Source: an uncultured Bacillota bacterium (GTDB lineage Bacteria > Sysuimicrobiota > Sysuimicrobiia > Sysuimicrobiales > Segetimicrobiaceae). From it: a DNA stretch of 64,000 nt. Of the stretch, positions 39,496 through 47,944 are shown piece by piece. Positions within the stretch are counted from its first letter, which is position 1. The number at the start of each line of letters is the position of its first letter. A model generated the notes under the pieces. That model saw nothing but the letters and a program-made list of their open reading frames with translations. It was not told the DNA's origin and searched no databases. The translations under genes and the position numbers were made by a program. Location: contig CAWDRG010000009.1 of the NCBI GenBank assembly GCA_963804645.1, forward strand, positions 288,001 to 352,000. The letters run 5' to 3'.

Positions 39496-40590
39496 ATGAG
39501 CGCGACGCCGCAGCTCGACCCATTGACCCGCGTCATGCGTCTGCTCGGCCTCGTCCTGCTCATGGTATTCCTGCTGTGGCTGGCGTACAAGGTGCGCCTT
39601 GTCCTATTGTTGCTGGTCGCCAGCATCTTGGTGGCGTATGCGCTGGAGCCGCTCGTCCGCATTTTCAGCGGGGGCCAGCCCCAGCGGCGCGGCCTTGGCA
39701 CCGCCCTCGCATTTGCGACGGTGTTCGTCGGCCTCGCGCTCGTCGGCATGGTCACCCTCGGCCCGGCGGTGGGCCAGGGCGCGGCCCTCGGGTCCGCGTT
39801 GGCCGGCTACGCGCAGCACTTCCACCCGGAGGGCGTCACCTCTCTTTCCAACCGGGTCAAGGCCGGGCTGGACCCGAACCTGCGCGCGGTCTTTGACAAC
39901 GTCGAGGCGCAGCTCGTGAAATGGCTGAGCCAGGCGGGCGGGGGCGTCGCGCAGATGGGCGTCGCGTGGGCGAGTGCGTTGCCGACCCTCCTTGCGTACG
40001 CCGCGCTGATCCTCTCGATGACCGGTCTGATCCTCGGGAGCAAGGCGTACTTCAAGCGGCAGGTGTTCGATGTCATTCCGACCGCGTGGCAGGCCGACGC
40101 CGAGACCCTGTTCGGGCAGATCGATCAGGCCCTCGCCGCGTACGTACGCGGCACCCTGGTCATCGCCGCGGGCGTGGGCCTCCTCCTCACGCTCGGCATG
40201 CTGCTCCTGGGCGTGCACTACGCGCTGCCGATCGGGCTGTTCGCCGCGGTGATGCAGTTGGTGCCAGTCGTCGGCGGCGCGCTCGGGCTCATCGGGGCCG
40301 TGACCGTCGCCGCGTTCCAGAGCGTGCCGGTGGCGATCGAAGTCCTCGTGCTCTTCTCCGTCATGTTCTTCGTCTCCGGCAACATCCTCGGCCCCAAGGT
40401 CATGGGGAGGGCGGTGGCGATTAACCCGCTCGTCATCCTGGTCGTGACGTTCGCCGGGACGCTGCTCGGAGGGTTCGTGGGTCTGCTGCTGGCCGTGCCG
40501 GTCACCGCGATCCTGCGGGTCATCATCGCGTTCTTCTATCAGCGGTACGCGGCCGCGTGGCGCCTGGGCCCGGCCGAGCCGCCAGCCTAA
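39496..40590 (+). CDS. AI-2E family transporter
   Basis: AYALEPLV, YVRG, PVVG, GNILGPKVMG, INP and GLLLAVP motifs; AAGGAGG RBS. Confidence 0.9.
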   Translation: MSATPQLDPLTRVMRLLGLVLLMVFLLWLAYKVRLVLLLLVASILVAYALEPLVRIFSGGQPQRRGLGTALAFATVFVGLALVGMVTLGPAVGQGAALGSALAGYAQHFHPEGVTSLSNRVKAGLDPNLRAVFDNVEAQLVKWLSQAGGGVAQMGVAWASALPTLLAYAALILSMTGLILGSKAYFKRQVFDVIPTAWQADAETLFGQIDQALAAYVRGTLVIAAGVGLLLTLGMLLLGVHYALPIGLFAAVMQLVPVVGGALGLIGAVTVAAFQSVPVAIEVLVLFSVMFFVSGNILGPKVMGRAVAINPLVILVVTFAGTLLGGFVGLLLAVPVTAILRVIIAFFYQRYAAAWRLGPAEPPA

Positions 40591-40984
40591 CACCAAACCG
40601 GCGGGCCCTCCCCAGCGTCACACGGCGGCGGCGGACATCGTTCCCCTCCGTCAGACACGCGACGAGGTCGAGATAATCGCCGGGCACGACCGCCGCGGCC
40701 GAGTACGCCGGCAACTCGCAGGCGGCCGCAGCACCGGGCGCCCAGGCGGCCCGCCAGGGACGCAGGGCCCGCGCGACCGCGATGACCCTCCCGTCCCGCC
40801 CGCAGAACACCACGTCGATCGGCGCCCGCATCCCGGCCGTGTGCACCGCGGCGCAGGGGGTGAGCCACAGCGCGTCGCCATCGGCAGGCGGGCGGCCGAT
40901 CCACCCCCGGCACCGGCGTCCCCACGTCGCCGCCACGTCACAGCGGACCGCCAGCACGAGGCCGGACTCGCGATGCCGCAGCAT
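40523..40984 (-). CDS. DUF192 domain protein, last gene of the tad operon
   Basis: RCRGWIGR, LTPCAAVHTAGMRAPIDVVF, LRPWR and ELPA motifs; its tail overlaps the AI-2E 3' end. Confidence 0.8.
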   Translation of the reverse strand: MLRHRESGLVLAVRCDVAATWGRRCRGWIGRPPADGDALWLTPCAAVHTAGMRAPIDVVFCGRDGRVIAVARALRPWRAAWAPGAAAACELPAYSAAAVVPGDYLDLVACLTEGNDVRRRRVTLGRARRFGVRLAARPGPGATRPRTADRRTR

Positions 40985-41883
40985 CACCGGAGGAGCCCGC
41001 CGGGTCCGAGCAGCTTCAGCGCCACCGGCCCCAACCCGATGATGAACACCTGCGGGAACACGCACACGACGAGCGGCAGCACGAGTTTCACCGCGAGCGC
41101 CCGCGCCGCTTCCTCCGCGCGCCGCAGCGCCATCCGCCTGAGGTGCGAGGCCTGCGCCTGGAGCGCGTCGGCGAGCGGCGCCCCGAGCCGGGCACTCTGG
41201 CCGAGCGTCGACGCCACGACCGAGAGCGCCTCGACGGGATAGCGCCGCAGGAGCTCGGCCATCCCCTCCTCGATCGTTCGCCCGAAGGCGAGGTCCGCGA
41301 GATAGCCGCGGAACGCCTGCCCGGCGACGCCGGGCGCCGTTCCGGCGTACTCGGCCACCGCGGCCGGGAGGCTGAGGCCGGCCCGGAGACCGACGACGAT
41401 CCCATCGAGCGCATCGGGAAGATCCCGCTCGAACTGCCGCCGCCGCGACGCGCCCCTGCGCTCCATCCATCCGCGGGGCTGGAGCCACCCGATCGCCAGC
41501 GCGCATGCGCTCCACCCGAGCGGCGGGCCCGGCAGCCCGAGCAGCCTGACCAACGTCCACGCCGCCAGCGCGGCGGCCACACCGGTCGCCAGCGCGAGCG
41601 CCTCGAACGTCTCGGGCTCCCACTCAAGCGCGGCGCGCGCCAAGCGGTCGGCCGTGCGCCGCCGCCGGCCCTCGGAACTCGCCCGGCGCAGCCACGCGGC
41701 GGTCCTGCCGCCGGTGAGCCTGGCGAACCGGCCGATCGGCGTCGGGCGCCGGCGCTCGTGCGATGCGTCCGCGGCCGCGAAGCGCCGGAGGCGGCGCAGC
41801 GCCGCGTCCGGCACGCGCGGCGGCCGAGCCGCCGCCAGCGCGAGGGCGCCGAGCACGGCGAGGAGCCACACGTCCCACCACAT
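40984..41883 (-). CDS. tadC: Tad pilus inner-membrane platform protein (T2SS F domain)
   Basis: LPDALD..VVGLRAGLS, RLGAPLADAL and AEEAA..LAVKLVLPLVVCVFP motifs. Confidence 0.88.
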   Translation of the reverse strand: MWWDVWLLAVLGALALAAARPPRVPDAALRRLRRFAAADASHERRRPTPIGRFARLTGGRTAAWLRRASSEGRRRRTADRLARAALEWEPETFEALALATGVAAALAAWTLVRLLGLPGPPLGWSACALAIGWLQPRGWMERRGASRRRQFERDLPDALDGIVVGLRAGLSLPAAVAEYAGTAPGVAGQAFRGYLADLAFGRTIEEGMAELLRRYPVEALSVVASTLGQSARLGAPLADALQAQASHLRRMALRRAEEAARALAVKLVLPLVVCVFPQVFIIGLGPVALKLLGPGGLLR

Positions 41884-42806
41884 CACGGAGTCACGCTCCT
41901 GATCATCGTGCGGATCATGTACCAGCCGAGCAGCTGCAGTCCCGCGGCGGTCCCGAGCAGCAGCCGCCCGGCGTCGGACTCGACCAGCGCGCGCATCGCG
42001 GCCGGATCGAGCCCGAGCATCGCGAGGCCCACCCCCACGGGCAGGAGGGTGAGAAATGCCGCGGTCGCCCGGGCGTGCGCGGTCACGGCACGGACCTCCT
42101 GCAGAAACGCGATCTGCTCCCGCACGGCCTGGGACTGCCGCGCCAGGCACTCCGCGAGATCCCCGCCGGTCCGCTCGGCGACCAGCACCGCGGTGACCGC
42201 CGCGGCGAGCGGACGGCTCGGCACCCGCCGCCGCAGGCCCTCGAGCGCCTGGCGGAGGGGCACGCCGAGCGCCATCTCCTCCACCGTCCGCGCGCACTCC
42301 GCGCGCAGCGGATCGGCAAGCCGCCGCGCGACCTCGGCGATGGCTTCGGACGCCGAACGATGCCCACGCAGCTCGCCCACCAGCAGATCGAGCGCCTCGG
42401 GCAGCTGCCCGTCGATGCGGCGGCCGCGCCGATCGCGCGAGATCCCGAGCCCGATCCACGCGAGGCCCGGCACCACCGCGCCCGCGGCCGCGCCGGCGAG
42501 CGGACCGCCCAAGACGGCCGCGACGACGGCGGCTAGGACGATGCCGCCGCACGCGGCGACCAGCGCCTCCGCAATCGAGAGCGCCACCCCGGCATGCCGG
42601 AGGGACTGCTCGACCGACGCCATCGCCCGCATCCGCACGAGGTGTCGGTCCAGGCGCCGCAGCCCCGAACGCCGCCGGCGCGGCGGGACCGCGCGGCAGG
42701 CGACGTGGCGCGCGAGCCGGCGCGACAGCGGATCGAAGGATCGCGCGGGCGCGCGGAGATCCAAGAGCAACAGGGCGACCGCCGCAACGGCCGCGAGCGC
42801 CGTCAC
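41883..42806 (-). CDS. tadB: Tad pilus inner-membrane platform protein (T2SS F domain)
   Basis: QLPEALDLL, ERTGGDLAE and EVRAVTAHAR motifs; GTGA overlap with tadA. Confidence 0.88.
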   Translation of the reverse strand: MTALAAVAAVALLLLDLRAPARSFDPLSRRLARHVACRAVPPRRRRSGLRRLDRHLVRMRAMASVEQSLRHAGVALSIAEALVAACGGIVLAAVVAAVLGGPLAGAAAGAVVPGLAWIGLGISRDRRGRRIDGQLPEALDLLVGELRGHRSASEAIAEVARRLADPLRAECARTVEEMALGVPLRQALEGLRRRVPSRPLAAAVTAVLVAERTGGDLAECLARQSQAVREQIAFLQEVRAVTAHARATAAFLTLLPVGVGLAMLGLDPAAMRALVESDAGRLLLGTAAGLQLLGWYMIRTMIRSVTP

Positions 42807-44068
42807 CGGACGCGCACCTCGGCGGGAGCGGGCAGCACCGGGGAGGGGACGCCGGCGCGCCGCAGCTTCTCCCACAGGCGCGGCGGGATGCCGGTCCACG
42901 CGAACGCGTTGTCCCGGCGTCCGAACCGGAAAATCGTCTGCGTCTGCACGGCGTCTCCGCCGAGACCCGTGACCTCGGTGATCTCCGAGGCCACGCGCCG
43001 GCCGTCGGGGAGCCGCTCGAGGTGCACGATCACCTCGATCGCCGCGGCGATGAGCCGCCGCACGACATCGCCCGGCAGCCCGGAGCCCCACCGCGCGAGC
43101 ACCTCCAGCCGGTCCAGGGCCTGTGCCGGACCGCTCGCGTGCAGCGTGCTCATGCTGCCGCTGTGCCCGGTGCTCATCGCCTGCAGCATGTCGAGCGCCT
43201 CCCCGCCGCGCACCTCGCCCACGATGATCCGATCGGGGTTCTGGCGGAGCGCGTTGCGCAGGAGGTGCGTCTGCGTGATCTCGCCCTTCCCCTCGACGTT
43301 CGGGGGCCGGGTCTCCCACCGCACGCAGTTCGTGACGGGGAGGCGCAGCTCGGCCGCCTCTTCGATCGTCAGGACGCGCTCGCCCGGGGGAATGGCGCCG
43401 GCGCACGCGTTCAGCAGGCTGGTCTTCCCGGCGCCGGTGCCGCCCGTGAAAATCACGTTGGCCCGGTGGCGGACCGCGGCCACAAGATAGGCGGCGATCG
43501 ATGCGCTCAGCGTCCCGCCAGCGATGAGCATCTCCACGGTGATCGGCGAGGCCGGGAACAGCCGGATCGCGAGACACGGGCCGCCGACCGCGACCGGGGG
43601 CAGCGCGGCGTGCGCGCGAAACCCCTGCGGCATCCGCGCGTCGACCATCGGGTTGGCGGCGTCGATGCGGCGTCCGGCGAGCTCCGCGATGCGCCCGATG
43701 ATGTACCGTAGGTGCGCTTCATCTCGAAACCGCACCGGGCTCTCGGTCTTGATACCGTGGCGCTGCACGTATACGAGGTCGTAGCGGTTCACCATGATGT
43801 CCGTGACGCCGGGATCGCGGAGCAGCGCCTCCAGCGGGCCGAATCCGACGATGTCGTCGCACAGCTCCCGCACGATGCGCTGGGTCTCCGCCTGCCCGAG
43901 GAACGGATAGTCGCGGAGGTACCCGGCGAGCGTGTCCTCCAGGTAGCTCCGCACGAGGCCGCGCTCCTGCCCGGCCAGCGCGTGCTTCTCGACCTCCGCC
44001 AGCAGCCGCTCGTGCAGGGCGGCGCGGATCTCCTCGGCGCGGCCGCGCCGCTCGACCGGGCTAGCCAT
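42803..44068 (-). CDS. cpaF: CpaF/TadA pilus assembly ATPase
   Basis: GFGPLE.LLRDP..TDIMVN, GGTGAGKT, TIEEAAEL, PDRIIVGEVRG and TGHSGSMSTLHA motifs. Confidence 0.95.
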   Translation of the reverse strand: MASPVERRGRAEEIRAALHERLLAEVEKHALAGQERGLVRSYLEDTLAGYLRDYPFLGQAETQRIVRELCDDIVGFGPLEALLRDPGVTDIMVNRYDLVYVQRHGIKTESPVRFRDEAHLRYIIGRIAELAGRRIDAANPMVDARMPQGFRAHAALPPVAVGGPCLAIRLFPASPITVEMLIAGGTLSASIAAYLVAAVRHRANVIFTGGTGAGKTSLLNACAGAIPPGERVLTIEEAAELRLPVTNCVRWETRPPNVEGKGEITQTHLLRNALRQNPDRIIVGEVRGGEALDMLQAMSTGHSGSMSTLHASGPAQALDRLEVLARWGSGLPGDVVRRLIAAAIEVIVHLERLPDGRRVASEITEVTGLGGDAVQTQTIFRFGRRDNAFAWTGIPPRLWEKLRRAGVPSPVLPAPAEVRVR

Positions 44069-45212
44069 CGTCCCGCGCGCCGGCATCGCCGAGCGCGCTA
44101 CGGACCGCGTCGCGCCGACGCGCCACAATCGTCTGTGCCAGGCGGCGCACCGACGCGGACCACGGGTCCTCGGGATCCGCCGCGACGGCGAGCTCCCCGC
44201 GATCCGCGCGGCCGCGAAGCGCCGCCGCGTGCGGCAGCACCGCGGCAAACGGCCGGCCGATCGCCGCGGCCGCCTGCTCGACGGTGTACGAGGCCTCCCG
44301 ATCGGTCCGGTTCAGCACCAGCGTCGGCGGCGGCCCTCCGGCGCCGTCCGCGAGCGTGTCGATGAGCGCGCGGAGGCTTCGAAGCGCCGCGAGTTCCAGC
44401 GTCGTGACGCCGAGGACAAGCGAGGCCCGACGCACCAGCAGGCGCTGGGCGGCCAGCACCGGCCGCCCCACATCGACGACCACGAACGCCGCGATCGCGG
44501 TGCACGCGTCAACGACCGCCGCGATCATGCCCTCGACCTCGGACGGATCGTCGGGAAGCGCCCACAACGAGAGGACCGTGAACCCCGCGGGATGCGGGGC
44601 GGCGGACTGGCGCAGCACGCGGGGATCGATCGGCAGCCGCTGACGCAGGACGTCCGCGACCGTCCCTCCGATCTCGAGGTCTCCGGCGACGGCGAGCGTG
44701 CCGAACGGCGGGGCGTCGGCATCGACGACCAAGGCTCCGCCCTGCGAGGCGAGGGCCGCGCCGAGGTTGAGGGCCAGCGCCGTGCATCCGGCGCCGCCCT
44801 TTCCCGAGGTGACCGCCACCGACATCCCGCGCAGTCGATCGGGGACCGCCGCGGCCTCGGCGAGCGCCTCGCGTACCGACGCCGCGCACGCGGGCGCGTC
44901 GATCGGCACCCGCAGGACGTCGCACACGCCCGCCCGGACGAGCTCGCGCACCGCGTCGAACGGCAGGTCGCCGGCGAGCACGAACAGCTTCGTGTGCGGA
45001 TAGGCCGCGGCCGCCTGCGCTAGCGCGGCGCGGGCGCGCCGATCCTCCGGCAGATCCACGAGCACGCACGCGGCCGCGCTCAGCGCGAGCAGCTCCACCG
45101 CGTGAGGGAACGACTCCGCGTGCTCGACGCGGCCGAACTCGCCGAGTGCGCGCGCGAGCGCGTCCCGCCCGGCGGGATCGCGATGATACAGGACGATCGA
45201 CGGCCCCGTCAC
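44061..45212 (-). CDS. cpaE: CpaE/TadZ protein (atypical receiver plus MinD-like domain)
   Basis: Receiver-like N-terminus; deviant Walker A SGKGGAGCT; VVVDVG; LVLNR; operon context. Confidence 0.85.
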   Translation of the reverse strand: MTGPSIVLYHRDPAGRDALARALGEFGRVEHAESFPHAVELLALSAAACVLVDLPEDRRARAALAQAAAAYPHTKLFVLAGDLPFDAVRELVRAGVCDVLRVPIDAPACAASVREALAEAAAVPDRLRGMSVAVTSGKGGAGCTALALNLGAALASQGGALVVDADAPPFGTLAVAGDLEIGGTVADVLRQRLPIDPRVLRQSAAPHPAGFTVLSLWALPDDPSEVEGMIAAVVDACTAIAAFVVVDVGRPVLAAQRLLVRRASLVLGVTTLELAALRSLRALIDTLADGAGGPPPTLVLNRTDREASYTVEQAAAAIGRPFAAVLPHAAALRGRADRGELAVAADPEDPWSASVRRLAQTIVARRRDAVRSALGDAGARDDG

Positions 45213-45224
45213 GCCGCCCTCCGG

Positions 45225-46151
45225 TCAGAAGCCATCGCCGCCGTCACCGCCGCCCGACCCGTCCCCACCGCCGTCCGAGCCGTTCCCGGAGCCGTCGCCG
45301 GCGGAGTCACCCGACGACGAATCCCCGGACGCGTCACCCGCCGACATGTCCGAGGATCCACCGGTCGCATCGGAAGACACGTCGGCCGATCCGCCGGACG
45401 CGGCCGTCGTGTCCGCTTCCGGCGAGGACTGCATCGCGCCGAAGCCCATCGCGGCCGTCAGATCCCCGGCAAACGGACCGGGGTTGGTGGGCGTCGCGCC
45501 CATGCTTTCGAGCGCCGCCGCCGCCGAGGCAGGATCGCCTGCCGCGATCGAATCGCAGTTGCAGGGCCCGACGGACTCGACCGTCTCCCCGCTGGCGGGG
45601 TCGGGCGCGTCGCCCGTCGAGTCCGGCGACGCGCCGAGATCGGCGGGCCCGTTGTCGCCGCCCGCGGTCCCGCCGGACGTGTGCGACGCGATCACCGGCG
45701 CGGTCCACCAGGGCGCATCGGCCTGTGCGACAACGGTCCAAAGCGGAATTCCGAAGACACCCAAGAAAAACGTCGGGACGCGCGCTTCGGCGGAGAGCGC
45801 CAGCCCCGCCCCGGACGGCGTCGCGGTGACGGTGGACGCGGCAAGACCGACCGACGCCAGTTCATCGTGCGCGACGACCAGCGCCTCGGAGACGGCGGCC
45901 TGCAGCACCGCGGGCGCGGAGGCGCCGGACCCGTCGGCGACCGCCGTGCTCCAGCGCTCGGCCGACAGCGCCCCGTCGTCGACCGCGTGCTGCAGCATCG
46001 AGCGAACGGTGTACGCGTTGCCCACGTCCACCGCGGCGCCGGCGAACCCGAGCACCACGGGCAGCAGCAGCGCCGTGAGGAGGACGACTCCCCCGCGCTC
46101 TCCCGCGGGCCGCCGGTGCATCCAAACCCGATCACGCCGCCATGCGCTCAT
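45225..46151 (-). CDS. TadG-like pseudopilin with an Asp/Ser/Gly-rich C-terminal tail
   Basis: ERGGVVLL..., AVDVGNAY...LQHAVDDGALS, VPTFFLGVFG; start may be ATG 46121. Confidence 0.75.
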   Translation of the reverse strand: MSAWRRDRVWMHRRPAGERGGVVLLTALLLPVVLGFAGAAVDVGNAYTVRSMLQHAVDDGALSAERWSTAVADGSGASAPAVLQAAVSEALVVAHDELASVGLAASTVTATPSGAGLALSAEARVPTFFLGVFGIPLWTVVAQADAPWWTAPVIASHTSGGTAGGDNGPADLGASPDSTGDAPDPASGETVESVGPCNCDSIAAGDPASAAAALESMGATPTNPGPFAGDLTAAMGFGAMQSSPEADTTAASGGSADVSSDATGGSSDMSAGDASGDSSSGDSAGDGSGNGSDGGGDGSGGGDGGDGF

Positions 46152-47170
46152 CGCGTGCCTCCCAAAGGCGCGTCGACCCGGCGCGGGGCGGCCGCCCCGT
46201 TCGGCCCGGGCACGATCGCGCCGAATCGATGGTCGCCTTCAATCACATCGACGGTCCACGCGGCGGGCGGCGCTGCCGGCGCGCGTACGCCCGAGATCTG
46301 CAGCGCACGCGGCGGCGGTGACACCGCGGCCGCGCGGACCGCGCCCGGCCGGGGACCCGAAGACGCGCGAGGCACCGCCGGCGGCGCCTCGGGCATCAGA
46401 CGCAGGTAGGAACCCAGCGCCACCGGCCCGCCGTCCTGCGCCGATGGCGGTTCCGCGCCGAGCGGGTGCGCGGTGATGAAGATGCGCCCAAACGCCTCGG
46501 CCAGCACGATCTCCCGTTCGCGATCGCTTGGGATCGCGATCTCGATCTGCGCGGGCGCGCCACCACCCGAGCCCGTCGGGGCCGAAAGGACGACCCGCGA
46601 CGGGGCGGACGCGGCGGTGACCCGCAGCACCACGCCCGTGGCCAGCAGCGTCGCGACGCCCTGTCCGCGGGCCGGCTCGAACGCTCCGATCAGATCGACG
46701 CGGCTGCGGGGCGCGAGCTCGCCGGCAAACGTCGCCGCGGAGGGGACCACGAGGCTGACCGCGCGCATCCCGGACGGCACGCGGGCGGCGATCCCGTAGT
46801 ATCGAACCGCGGGGACGAGATCCTCCGGGGCGACCGGCTCGCCGGGTTCGAACGAGCGCAGCGCCACCTGTCCCACCGCGCCGGCGAGCCGCGCCGGCGG
46901 AACGGCGCGCTCGCCGGCGCCCGACCTCCACACCACCTGCAGGTCGGCCGGCGCCAGCACGCGTCCGGAGCGCACGGGCCGCCGCGCGATCAGGACGGGG
47001 GTGGCCGCGGAGCGCGCGGCGTGGCCGCGGCGGGCGTGGGAAATCGCCGACCAGCACGCGAGCGCGAGGAGCGCGATCGCGGCCCACCGCAGCCAGCGCC
47101 GGCGGCGCGCGAGAATGCGGACCGCCAGCGGCCCAAGACGAATCACCCGGTCGTCACTGTTGGGAGCCAT
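46148..47170 (-). CDS. cpaB: CpaB/RcpC Flp pilus assembly protein (SAF domain)
   Basis: N-terminal TM segment, VLIARRPVRSG.VL...DL, VPSGMRAVSL and LAPRSRVDLI. Confidence 0.85.
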   Translation of the reverse strand: MAPNSDDRVIRLGPLAVRILARRRRWLRWAAIALLALACWSAISHARRGHAARSAATPVLIARRPVRSGRVLAPADLQVVWRSGAGERAVPPARLAGAVGQVALRSFEPGEPVAPEDLVPAVRYYGIAARVPSGMRAVSLVVPSAATFAGELAPRSRVDLIGAFEPARGQGVATLLATGVVLRVTAASAPSRVVLSAPTGSGGGAPAQIEIAIPSDREREIVLAEAFGRIFITAHPLGAEPPSAQDGGPVALGSYLRLMPEAPPAVPRASSGPRPGAVRAAAVSPPPRALQISGVRAPAAPPAAWTVDVIEGDHRFGAIVPGPNGAAAPRRVDAPLGGTR

Positions 47171-47687
47171 CGGCGCCTCCCTGCGTGGTTGACGTTGACG
47201 GCGACCCGGCCGACGGCTGCCACCACGGCGGCGGCACCTCCTCGACGGCGTCGGCCGTCTGTGCGTGCAGCGTGCGCCCGTCGAGCAGCGACGCAAACCA
47301 CGGCGTGAGCGAAGTGATCGAATACCCGAGCGACACCACGACGGTGCGCATGCGCCCCACGCACGCCGGTTCGAGATAGCCGAGCGTGACCGTGAGCGCC
47401 GCCGCATTCAGGGACGGGGCGGCCGCCTCCGCCGCGGCCTGCGCAACGGTCGCGTCGGACCCGGGAGGCGCGCCCGCGCAGAGGCCGGCGCCGGTCTCCT
47501 GGATCGACACCGCGCGTGCGGCCGACTGGGCCGCGGACGCGAGCGAGGCGGCCTCGTAGAGCGCCCACCCACCGTCGATGATCGCGCTCACGATTCCGAG
47601 CAGGATCGGCAGCGCGACGGCGAGCTCGATCAACCCCTGACCGGACTCGCCCCGGCGTGGACCGCGTGAACGGCCGCGAGTGCTCAC
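47154..47687 (-). CDS. tadE: TadE-like pseudopilin
   Basis: GQGLIELAVALPILL cleavage motif followed by AAQSAAR. Confidence 0.85.
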   Translation of the reverse strand: MSTRGRSRGPRRGESGQGLIELAVALPILLGIVSAIIDGGWALYEAASLASAAQSAARAVSIQETGAGLCAGAPPGSDATVAQAAAEAAAPSLNAAALTVTLGYLEPACVGRMRTVVVSLGYSITSLTPWFASLLDGRTLHAQTADAVEEVPPPWWQPSAGSPSTSTTQGGADGSQQ

Positions 47688-47696
47688 GGGCGTGCG

Positions 47697-47900
47697 TCAG
47701 TACTGCGCCAGTGTGTTGGAGATGGTCGTGAACAGATCGCCGAGATTCTTGGAGAGCACCGTGAGGACGGCGACCGCGCCGAGGATGACGATGCCGCCGA
47801 TGAGCGCGTATTCGATCATCCCCTGCCCGGCCTCATCGTTCCAGAGCGACGTGCGCTCCCGCCCGCCTTGCCCGGCCCGACCCTGCGTGTGCGCGCCCAT
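47697..47900 (-). CDS. flp: Flp family type IVb pilin
   Basis: DEAGQGMIEYALI Flp motif plus hydrophobic helix; AAGGAGGAG RBS; 67 aa. Confidence 0.93.
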   Translation of the reverse strand: MGAHTQGRAGQGGRERTSLWNDEAGQGMIEYALIGGIVILGAVAVLTVLSKNLGDLFTTISNTLAQY

Positions 47901-47944
47901 TCGACTCCTCCTTCGATCTCGTAGTGTGCCGCGAGCCAATATGC

